Notes under the pieces: generated by a model
What the model was told of the DNA's origin: nothing
The model's input: only the letters and a program-made list of their open reading frames with translations
The model's database searches: none
From: a virus
Length of the DNA stretch: 37,199 nucleotides
Virus record (IMG/VR): IMGVR_UViG_3300045589_000097
Coordinates: 1-37,199 of that record
Strand: one strand, 5' to 3'
Shown here: positions 30,864 to 37,199 of the stretch, piece by piece
Numbering within the stretch: position 1 is the stretch's first letter
Layout of the letters: the number at the start of each line of letters is the position of its first letter
Translations under genes and position numbers: made by a program

Positions 30864-31673
30864 CTATTCGTCTACTTCATCACCGGTATCATAAGCGGCC
30901 CATGAGCAAAGGCAGTTGGGATGAGCAGGTATCATACCCTCAGCTTGTTTCAGCGTGTAAACTTCTCCGCTGTGTTGCAAGCAGATGTCACATGCTCCTG
31001 AGTTGATGACCCAAATAACCTTTTTGTATCCGGCCTCACGAGCGTTCACAATGCTTTGGTGTGCCATGACGCGATCACTCTCGGTTCGAATGATACGGTC
31101 TGACTGATACTTCATGACGTCAAATTTCTTGCGAAGCGCCGGGCTTTGTGTAATTGGGTTGCTGTGCGTCAGCAGCGCATTCTTCATCATCTTTTTGAGA
31201 TCACTGCGCAAGGCGTCTTGATTCGACCATATGCGATCGCTCCATGTTGCACCGTCGAACATCTTATTGATCGCTGACAAATCTGCTCTGATATGCTTTC
31301 CGTAAATTGATGACCCTAACTTAGCGGTCTGCTTTGCCAAATCACCAAGAGCGGTACCGATATAATCGGCAACCTTAATGGCCACTGCTGTTGCGTAAAC
31401 ATAGGCTGCATATGACAGCAACTCATCATTGTTGGCAACTGATTTCTGCTTAACTCCGGCTTCTCGCGCGTCTCTGTCGACTTGTTCTTTTAGGCCTGGA
31501 TCGTAGTAGCGTGAATCATCAGCGTGCGTGTAGTCCTCATGCTTCTCGTTGAATGCATACCAGAAGGCCATGAATTCCGCGGTGTATTTGGCAACGTCAC
31601 TCGCTATCTGGCGGTGTTTCTTGTCTTGCTTGTCCGCGAACGCTTTGATCCGTTCCTTCGGTGTTTTCGTCAT
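30864..31673 (-). CDS. Minor head protein, Mu F / SPP1 gp7-like (269 aa)
   Basis: C-terminal IRTESDRV...CDICLQHSGEVYTL...PAHPNCLCSW is the Phage_Mu_F signature. The start is uncertain and overlaps the portal 3' end. Confidence 0.8.
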   Translation of the reverse strand: MTKTPKERIKAFADKQDKKHRQIASDVAKYTAEFMAFWYAFNEKHEDYTHADDSRYYDPGLKEQVDRDAREAGVKQKSVANNDELLSYAAYVYATAVAIKVADYIGTALGDLAKQTAKLGSSIYGKHIRADLSAINKMFDGATWSDRIWSNQDALRSDLKKMMKNALLTHSNPITQSPALRKKFDVMKYQSDRIIRTESDRVMAHQSIVNAREAGYKKVIWVINSGACDICLQHSGEVYTLKQAEGMIPAHPNCLCSWAAYDTGDEVDE

Positions 31674-33117
31674 TGTTTGTCAAGTCCTCACTGTAATCAC
31701 TGTCTGCTCGCTGTTTGGTAATCATGTCAGTGATCTCTTGTGGATCAGTGATACCGGGTGCGAACCTGTACAAGTATTCTTGTGGTAGTGTCGCACCAGC
31801 ACCAACAAGCGCCTGAATCTGCGTGATGTCGTCTGTTGGTAGATTGTCACGGAAGGTGAACTGAATCGTATTAGGATCCGTCTTCATGCCGCCTGACACG
31901 CTTTGATCAAGTGCGTAGATGATTGAATATCGCCGATACAATGACTTCTCAAACATTCTCCGCTTGATCGCTGCTAATTCGACAGTACCAAGCAGCTTGT
32001 ACTTCATCGCAACACCAGACACGTTAGACGCAAAGTTACTGTCGGTTAGGTCTGGTGTGTGGCTGAACTTGTGAATGTCATCGGCAATGCGTTTCTTGTA
32101 TGCCTCGGTGCCGCTGACGTCATATGACTTATTGATATACTTTGCGTCAACGCTCGTCTGCTGACCGGTTGCTGTCATTCGAGACTTGAGCAACAGCATG
32201 TTGGCGTCTTTCTGTTCTTTGATAAGCTCTAGTTTGTCCTGTGCGAGCTTTTTCATCGCCTCAGGATCGTTAGGGTCAACACCACTCATAAGCGTGCTAC
32301 CGTTGAATAAAGCGTCAATATCACCGCTGATAACCAGCAGTGCGTCATTGAGGTCTGTCATGTAGTTAGCAGTATCAGATTGCGCTGAATCGTAAAGGTC
32401 AATCAGTGAGATCACATGCTCAAAGTCGCCAGTTCGGAATCGATTGTTGTCATACTCAACAACGGGAAACACACGAATGATTTCACTGTGATCCAGATAC
32501 ATCGCTCCACCAACCGTCGTCGGCTTGTAAACGTCATGCTCTGTTGCTGTCCATGTTTCGGGGATGATGTTGATGATCGTCTTGTTGTTATCGTCAACCA
32601 GTTCAACTGAGTGATACCTGACTGCCATGATAGGTTGTGGATCAACATCAAGCGAGTAGATGACGAACGTGTCAAGCGGGTCTAGCCGCACACAATGCTC
32701 GATTGAGTCACTACCGTAGTAAACATACTCGTATGCGCGTCCATAACGCGTCATGTCGAGGAATAAATCGTAGTTGAGCGCGTCAAAGTCGTTCACTTGC
32801 GTAATCTGGTCGAGCCGCTTGTCATCTTCATCAAGCTTCACGTTCACTGGATTACCAACAGAGTAGGCAGTCTGGAAATCAGCGATGTACTTGCCGAACG
32901 AGTGAACAGCTCTGTGGTCTGACTTGCCGGTTTCAATGCGCCGTGACTGTGGGCTTAGAATGCCTTCATTTTGACCCTTGTAGTATCGGTCGAGCTTCTT
33001 CAGCCGTGGAAGCTGATACTCGTGATGATGAAAAATGAACTTCATGATCCGATCCGGAGTGAGGTTCGTAATGTCTTCCTGATAAAGCAAATTTGATTCT
33101 TCAAATGGTTCCATCAT
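31597..33117 (-). CDS. Portal protein, SPP1 gp6-like (506 aa)
   Basis: Size and position after TerL. N-terminus contains LPRLKKLDRYYKGQN. Confidence 0.9.
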   Translation of the reverse strand: MMEPFEESNLLYQEDITNLTPDRIMKFIFHHHEYQLPRLKKLDRYYKGQNEGILSPQSRRIETGKSDHRAVHSFGKYIADFQTAYSVGNPVNVKLDEDDKRLDQITQVNDFDALNYDLFLDMTRYGRAYEYVYYGSDSIEHCVRLDPLDTFVIYSLDVDPQPIMAVRYHSVELVDDNNKTIINIIPETWTATEHDVYKPTTVGGAMYLDHSEIIRVFPVVEYDNNRFRTGDFEHVISLIDLYDSAQSDTANYMTDLNDALLVISGDIDALFNGSTLMSGVDPNDPEAMKKLAQDKLELIKEQKDANMLLLKSRMTATGQQTSVDAKYINKSYDVSGTEAYKKRIADDIHKFSHTPDLTDSNFASNVSGVAMKYKLLGTVELAAIKRRMFEKSLYRRYSIIYALDQSVSGGMKTDPNTIQFTFRDNLPTDDITQIQALVGAGATLPQEYLYRFAPGITDPQEITDMITKQRADSDYSEDLTNNDENTEGTDQSVRGQARQETPPDSE

Positions 33118-33118
33118 G

Positions 33119-34417
33119 TCACCTCAATCCTAGATTTTTGATTGTCTGAATTCGTTCTTGGTTGCTCATGTAATGGCCGGCAGTTGTGAATACGAAAAGG
33201 CTCATTGCGTATCGTAATGCGTCAATCGCGTGATTATTCGCATCGACTGGCGTGTTCGTCCAGTTATCGAATTTGTCTTTTGCGTAAACATACGTGTTGA
33301 ACTCCTCAAGCAGTCCCTTAACACGCGGGTGAACAACAAAATGGTAAGACTGCATATACTGAATACCCTGTGAAACACTGTCTTTGCCTTTGCCAGCCGG
33401 TCTAATGTTTGGAACACCATGTGCCATAGTAAGCTCGCCAATCAGGTTTGCCGCAGCTTGATCGGCCATGATAGGAAGCCCATAAGCTTTATGACTTGCG
33501 AGCTCTTGAGCTATCTGTCCGGTAAGCAGTCCTTGCTGGTAAAACTCATCATAGATATACACAACTCTGTTCTGCTGATCGATTGCCATAAACTCGCCTG
33601 CTGTCGGGTCATGTTTGAACCCGAAGTCTAGGCCAACCGCTTTTGGCAGTGCTGCAATATCTTCCATACTGAAGTCACGCTGCTCGAACAGTCCATCAAA
33701 CACAAGCCCTTCTGCAATGCCCCAGTCTCCGTATACGGCAACACGAGCACGGTTAGGGTTGCGCTTGATCATGTCTTTTAGGCTTGCGATATAGTCATCA
33801 TCAAGATATGGGTTGTCCTTGTATGTGGTAGTGAACGACTTAGATCGTGGGTTCTTTGTGTCTTCATCGAAGAACTCACGCTTTAGCCAATGCTGATCAC
33901 TCCACGGGTTGAACGTGATAATCGACTGGTAATAGCCATCAGGATCGTCGATTTCACCACGCATGGTTTCTTCAACGGTCTTGAATGCGTCCAGCGATTT
34001 CAGCTCATACGCTTCCTCCCACCATGCACGAGCGAGCACACCAGTTGTTGGTTGCAATGAAGTGACGGCCAGTGGTTTATCCATGCCACGAAAAAACACC
34101 TTCTGGCCGGTTGGCTTAAAGGTGATTTCCAGTGGTGACAGTGTGAACTTGAATAGATCATAAACGCCAAGACGCATGGCTGCCTGTTGAATGGTGCTGT
34201 ATGTCGAATCCTTATTTGTATACGCGTACTGCCTGAGCACAATCCAGTTGACATAGGGGTGCATGATGATTTGCATAATCACATCCTCGGCAACAGAGAA
34301 AGACTTGCGCGATCCACGACTGCCCTTGTATGTCAGGTAGCGTGTTCTGTCATTGTAAAGCGGTGCGTAAGCCTTAGGGACGATTGAATCCAGATCGATA
34401 TTAATCTGCACTGTCAT
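33119..34417 (-). CDS. terL: Terminase large subunit (432 aa)
   Basis: ATG at 34417 after GGAGG (the ORF-track upstream extension lies inside terS). Walker-like YKGSRGSRKS and a nuclease C-terminus ending DANNHAIDALRY. Confidence 0.9.
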   Translation of the reverse strand: MTVQINIDLDSIVPKAYAPLYNDRTRYLTYKGSRGSRKSFSVAEDVIMQIIMHPYVNWIVLRQYAYTNKDSTYSTIQQAAMRLGVYDLFKFTLSPLEITFKPTGQKVFFRGMDKPLAVTSLQPTTGVLARAWWEEAYELKSLDAFKTVEETMRGEIDDPDGYYQSIITFNPWSDQHWLKREFFDEDTKNPRSKSFTTTYKDNPYLDDDYIASLKDMIKRNPNRARVAVYGDWGIAEGLVFDGLFEQRDFSMEDIAALPKAVGLDFGFKHDPTAGEFMAIDQQNRVVYIYDEFYQQGLLTGQIAQELASHKAYGLPIMADQAAANLIGELTMAHGVPNIRPAGKGKDSVSQGIQYMQSYHFVVHPRVKGLLEEFNTYVYAKDKFDNWTNTPVDANNHAIDALRYAMSLFVFTTAGHYMSNQERIQTIKNLGLR

Positions 34418-34952
34418 CGCCTCCGTCTTGATGAATTGGCTTGATGTTGATTGTGATGTTGCTAGTGTCTTCGCTAGTTTCACGTTTGGCCTTGGCTTCC
34501 ATGATGTCAGCCTCAGCTTTGGACTTGCGAACATCAGCCTTAGTTTTCTCAATATCAGTAATAATCTTCGTTAGCTGAGCATTGAGCAGCTCATCATTGC
34601 CAGGGTAACGTTTCAACAATTCACGTCCTGCTGCCATGCGGTCTTTGATGCTTGGCTCGTTTTCAACAGCATCTGCACCGTCTGGAGTGCTAACTATAAT
34701 TGTCTCTTTTGCCTCTCCACGGAGAACGGTAGTGAAGTATTTAAGTACCTCAGCAGCCTTGGCAATCTTGTCAGACTCGATGCGTTTCATGCGTTCAGCA
34801 ATATATGATTTTATACCGACATTCTCCGACAATTTTTCAGCATGAGAACGCGCGTAATTTTTAGAATATCCCGCTTCAATTGCTGATTGATACTTATTTC
34901 CTGACTTTATGAAGTTATCAGCAAATGCACGCTGTTTTGGGCTTAGTTTCAT
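34401..34952 (-). CDS. terS: Terminase small subunit (183 aa)
   Basis: MKLSPKQRAFADNFIKSGNKYQSAIEAGYSKNYARSHAEKL is the typical Terminase_4/P27-type N-terminus. Confidence 0.8.
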   Translation of the reverse strand: MKLSPKQRAFADNFIKSGNKYQSAIEAGYSKNYARSHAEKLSENVGIKSYIAERMKRIESDKIAKAAEVLKYFTTVLRGEAKETIIVSTPDGADAVENEPSIKDRMAAGRELLKRYPGNDELLNAQLTKIITDIEKTKADVRKSKAEADIMEAKAKRETSEDTSNITINIKPIHQDGGDDSAD

Positions 34953-35089
34953 TACATATCACCACACCTCCCGCGCTTTTTCTTGTCTTCCTGAGCTTTC
35001 TTCTGAGCTTCCTCTTTTGCGAGTTTCCCGATGATTGAGGCCTTAGCCTTCGACATGTATCCGAACTTGGTCATCACCATTTGAGCCAT
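34952..35089 (-). CDS. Small basic protein (45 aa)
   Basis: ATG at 35089 lies 5 nt after GAGGTGA. Its stop overlaps the terS ATG. Below the ORF-track cutoff. Confidence 0.4.
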   Translation of the reverse strand: MAQMVMTKFGYMSKAKASIIGKLAKEEAQKKAQEDKKKRGRCGDM

Positions 35090-35098
35090 GAAATCACC

Positions 35099-36247
35099 TC
35101 ACACATAGTAAATGGCACGGGTATCATGATCGCTGTATTCGACCAGCTCAAACGTTTTGTGAGCAACCACGCCAATGTCATCAGTCCACTTGTCGGTTGG
35201 CTTGCGTGTCGACACTTGACGCTGAACAAATCCGCCTAGGTCTTTGCTCATCTCTGAATGCAGATGCCCCGTGAACAGCTCGCGATTCTGTGCTGTGCCT
35301 AACATGAAGCCGAACTCATCTAGGTATTTTGCAAGGTAGTTGTTCTTACCCTTGTCTCCGTGAGTGGCGCCAATGAAGTTATGGCCTAACATTGTGCCTT
35401 TGTAATGCTTCAGTGATATATCCCAAGTGATGTTCGACTGGTTGCTGTAGGCACGTTTCAATAGACGTGCAAACATATATCCAACTGACGGGTCGTGGTT
35501 ACCTGGCGCATACATGACCTCACACTCATTGGCGTTCTTAATGATTGCTTCAATCAGTGTCTCGAAGTATTGCTCCATTTCGTTCACAGTCTCGCCCAGA
35601 TCGGTTGTTTCGAGCTGTGTACCCTTTGCTGTGGTCGAGTTGATGTTATCCACATGAGCCAGATCACCGCCCAGAATGAGCAATATTTTGGCGTAGTGGC
35701 CGCGTTGAATGATCTCTAGTTGCCGTTTAAGCGATTCAGCATAGATGTCAAACGTGTGACCGTTGAAATGCGTGTCGAAAGCAGGAATGACCAGATAGCG
35801 ATCTGATTCCACAAAAATAGGAGCCTTAGCTTGGTATGGCTCCTTGTGTGTGATGATGTCATTCATCAATGATTCATATTGTTCCGCTTCAACTAACGGC
35901 CTGATTTGTATCTTGCTCTGGTACAACGTTGCTTCAGGCGTCTGCTTCCAGAAGTTGCTTGTGGCACGTACAAGTTCCCACTTAGTGTAATCATACCCGT
36001 GAGCTTCCAGAACCTCTCTAGGCGTCATTTTGTGGCCTCTGACAACCTTTAGAATGGTTTCACTGGACTGTGTACCGTCTGAATCGTATTCGTTCTTGAC
36101 TGGTTTTTGGAACTCGATGCCAAGCCGTTTTGCTTTGCCTTGAAGCGCGTCGTAGCTAATTCCTAGCTTGTCGGCCGTTTCTCGTCTAGTAAAGCCTTCA
36201 GAGGCGAGCTTCCTAATGTCACCGATCTGTTCATCTGTCCATTGCAT
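35099..36247 (-). CDS. N-terminal HTH fused to a calcineurin-like metallophosphoesterase (382 aa); first gene of the late operon
   Basis: HTH FTRRETADKLGISYDALQGKAKRLG. Phosphoesterase motifs DTHFNG, GGDLAH, GNHD, GATHGD, GHLH occur in canonical order. RBS GGAGG. Confidence 0.75.
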   Translation of the reverse strand: MQWTDEQIGDIRKLASEGFTRRETADKLGISYDALQGKAKRLGIEFQKPVKNEYDSDGTQSSETILKVVRGHKMTPREVLEAHGYDYTKWELVRATSNFWKQTPEATLYQSKIQIRPLVEAEQYESLMNDIITHKEPYQAKAPIFVESDRYLVIPAFDTHFNGHTFDIYAESLKRQLEIIQRGHYAKILLILGGDLAHVDNINSTTAKGTQLETTDLGETVNEMEQYFETLIEAIIKNANECEVMYAPGNHDPSVGYMFARLLKRAYSNQSNITWDISLKHYKGTMLGHNFIGATHGDKGKNNYLAKYLDEFGFMLGTAQNRELFTGHLHSEMSKDLGGFVQRQVSTRKPTDKWTDDIGVVAHKTFELVEYSDHDTRAIYYV

Positions 36248-36360
36248 CTACTCGCCTCCGAAAATATAATGTCCGTGAGCAGTTTGATGACGCTGCTCAC
36301 ATTCTCATGAAGAACTTCCCGAGTTCTTAAGCCCTCGGATTCGGCCCCGAGAGCTTTTTT
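36242..36360 (+). ncRNA. Candidate small-RNA unit B1
   Basis: TTGCAT 36242-36247, 17 nt, TATAAT 36265-36270. Hairpins GTGAGCAG 36275-36282 / CTGCTCAC 36293-36300 and AAGAACT 36310-36316 / AGTTCTT 36322-36328. Terminator 36331-36354 plus T6 at 36355-36360. Confidence 0.45.
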
Positions 36361-36361
36361 G

Positions 36362-36475
36362 TTGCTTAAAAAATTTCGATGAGTTAGAATTAAATTGTTC
36401 CCAACAGATACTCATTTTCACTCCTCTGTAATACCCTATCTTTAGGCTCTCGGCCCCCAACCGAGGGCTATTTTT
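36362..36475 (+). ncRNA. Candidate small-RNA unit B2
   Basis: TTGCTT 36362-36367, 17 nt, TAGAAT 36385-36390. Terminator GCTCTCGG 36446-36453 / CCGAGGGC 36461-36468, then TTTTT 36471-36475. Confidence 0.45.
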
Positions 36476-36611
36476 GTATCTTCTATAAGGAATGTGCTAA
36501 TATATATGCGTGAGTAGTGTCTTTTCTCCTCCAAGTCAACCGCTGCTGCTCACACAAGTATTTCGTTTTTTCATTCTTTTGGCTCTTGGACTGGTCTCTG
36601 AGGGCTTTTTT
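36474..36611 (+). ncRNA. Candidate small-RNA unit B3
   Basis: TTGTAT 36474-36479, 18 nt, TGcTAATAT 36495-36503. Stem GTGAGTAG 36510-36517 / CTGCTCAC 36546-36553 with CTCCTCC in the loop. Terminator 36582-36605 plus T6. Confidence 0.45.
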
Positions 36612-36612
36612 A

Positions 36613-36717
36613 TTCCGATTTATTGCTACATGTGTTATACTCTTTTTCGGTACCGTTGTTTCACCTCAGTAAACACCGGTAGCTAGGCCCTCAGTTAATC
36701 GCTCAGAGGGCCTTTTT
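36613..36717 (+). ncRNA. Candidate small-RNA unit B4
   Basis: TTCCGA 36613-36618 (weak), 17 nt, TGtTATACT 36633-36641. Stem 36651-36661 / 36671-36681. Terminator GGCCCTC 36686-36692 / GAGGGCC 36706-36712 plus TTTTT. Confidence 0.4.
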
Positions 36718-36724
36718 GTTGCAC

Positions 36725-36757
36725 AAAAATAGCACCTCACCGTTTGGCGGAGTGCTA
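36725..36757 (-). terminator. Minus-strand intrinsic terminator closing the arpU / tRNA-like unit, back to back with the B4 terminator
   Basis: The minus strand reads TAGCAC...GTGCTA (36757-36752 / 36735-36730) followed by TTTTT (36729-36725). Confidence 0.45.
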
Positions 36758-36799
36758 TAGTCTGGTGCCTACTCCTATGGTTTACCAGACTTGATCCAA

Positions 36800-36876
36800 T
36801 GCAACCGGCGGGATTTGAACCCGCGACACCGACGCACGCGCGAACTATAGTCGGTGAGCCTATCTCAATCGGTTGC
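36800..36876 (-). tRNA. tRNA-like element (77 nt) with an aberrant anticodon arm; possible pseudo-tRNA or intron-bearing tRNA
   Basis: Perfect 7-bp acceptor GCAACCG/CGGTTGC. D arm TGAG-ATAGG-CTCA. T arm GCGGG-TTCAAAT-CCCGC. The anticodon stem CCGAC/GTCGG encloses a 16-nt loop, so no anticodon can be assigned. Confidence 0.4.
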
Positions 36877-36939
36877 TGCTCGCTCTCCCAGTGTCAGATG
36901 GGGTCATCGCAAGATGTGTCCGGTCGCTAAACTGGACAA

Positions 36940-37004
36940 TGTGGCATGCGGGAATCGAACCCGCCTGACTATCTCAGCCAGTCCTCATTGCCACGCCTTG
37001 CCAC
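36940..37004 (-). ncRNA. Second, more degenerate tRNA-like module
   Basis: T arm GCGGG-TTCGATT-CCCGC. Acceptor ATGCCAC pairs with a duplicated GTGGCAA (A-A mismatch). D-arm-like CTGA-GATAG-TCAG abuts the T arm. No anticodon arm. Confidence 0.3.
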
Positions 37005-37106
37005 AGCTTTATCATCACTGAGGCTCGGAGGAAAAATGCGGTGTCTCAGGTTTCTCACCTTTGGCACAATACAATCATATGACGGAAAAGCGTGTTTTTT
37101 GTTGCA

Positions 37107-37199
37107 TCATTGTTGCACGGATGTTGCAACTAGTTTCACTAGCGGACATATTTCAGCAAAAGCATAGAGAGCTTCTTGTGTTTGTCGCCAAAGGGTCGT
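37107..37199 (-). CDS. arpU: ArpU-family regulator, 3' portion (37165-37199 duplicates 1-35)
   Basis: Same frame as 386->1 across the circular junction. Ends ...AFAEICPLVKLVATSVQQ with TGA at 37109-37107. Confidence 0.65.
   Translation of the reverse strand, partial: TTLWRQTQEALYAFAEICPLVKLVATSVQQ
37165..37199. repeat. Terminal direct repeat, identical to 1-35
   Basis: Exact 35-bp match to the start of the window. Confidence 0.9.

Larger units (their letters stand above)
1..37199. mobile_element. Complete temperate siphovirus genome (Lactobacillaceae-phage-like), circular/excised form
   Basis: Full lysogeny, replication, packaging, head, tail and lysis modules are present. Integrase and endolysin converge on an intact attP-like region. 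The window ends overlap by 35 bp. Confidence 0.9.

Noticed and set aside
36305-36415. Minus-strand 36-aa ORF (MSICWEQFNSNSSKFFKQQKSSRGRIRGLKNSGSSS) with a strong RBS (GAGGAGTGAAAATG) in the non-coding region upstream of the late operon
   Set aside because: The frame runs straight through a promoter-like box and two GC hairpins with T/A runs, and the product is low-complexity. It looks like a by-product of RNA-structure sequence. Not fully excluded; ribosome profiling would decide.
36800-37004. Calling the two T-arm-containing elements bona fide tRNA genes with a named anticodon
   Set aside because: No 5-bp/7-nt/5-bp anticodon arm can be drawn in either element. One has a 16-nt loop and the other lacks the arm entirely. 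Only a tRNA-like call is reported.
1-37199. Transposases/IS elements, rRNA genes, or a CRISPR-Cas locus
   Set aside because: Reading both strands showed no transposase-like ORF, terminal inverted repeats of an IS, rRNA-like sequence, or regularly spaced identical repeats.

Overview
The window is a complete, circularly closed temperate siphovirus genome of the Lactobacillaceae type. It has 37,164 unique bp, and bases 1-35 recur at 37165-37199. It is in the excised, attP-intact configuration. Nearly all genes lie on the minus strand. A Cro-led early/replication operon runs 9990->748 (small early genes, RecT plus a PD-(D/E)XK nuclease, a DnaD-type replication protein with internal iterons, RusA). 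An ArpU-family late regulator wraps the window junction. A ~22-kb late operon runs 36247->14518: HTH-metallophosphoesterase, TerS, TerL, SPP1-type portal, MuF, scaffold, capsid, a glycosyltransferase-like gene, connector genes, major tail protein, G/GT chaperones with a -1 frameshift, tape measure, Dit, Tal, BppU, a GH5-like glycanase, four small membrane proteins, and a signal-peptide GH25-SH3b-LysM endolysin. The plus-strand lysogeny module (10154-14120) holds a CI-like repressor, an ImmA protease, a membrane-anchored Sie candidate, an AT-rich acyltransferase moron and a tyrosine integrase. It is followed by an attP that appears to carry the 3' end of host pgi. Two things stand out. First, about 1.6 kb of non-coding DNA on both sides of arpU is built from eight tandem plus-strand promoter-hairpin-terminator mini-units, plus two degenerate tRNA-like modules. 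Second, the glycosyltransferase-like gene in the head module co-occurs with Thr-rich C-terminal tails on both the capsid and tail-tube proteins, which suggests virion O-glycosylation. All calls were made by eye from the sequence and the ORF track. Family names are recalled motif resemblances, not search results.
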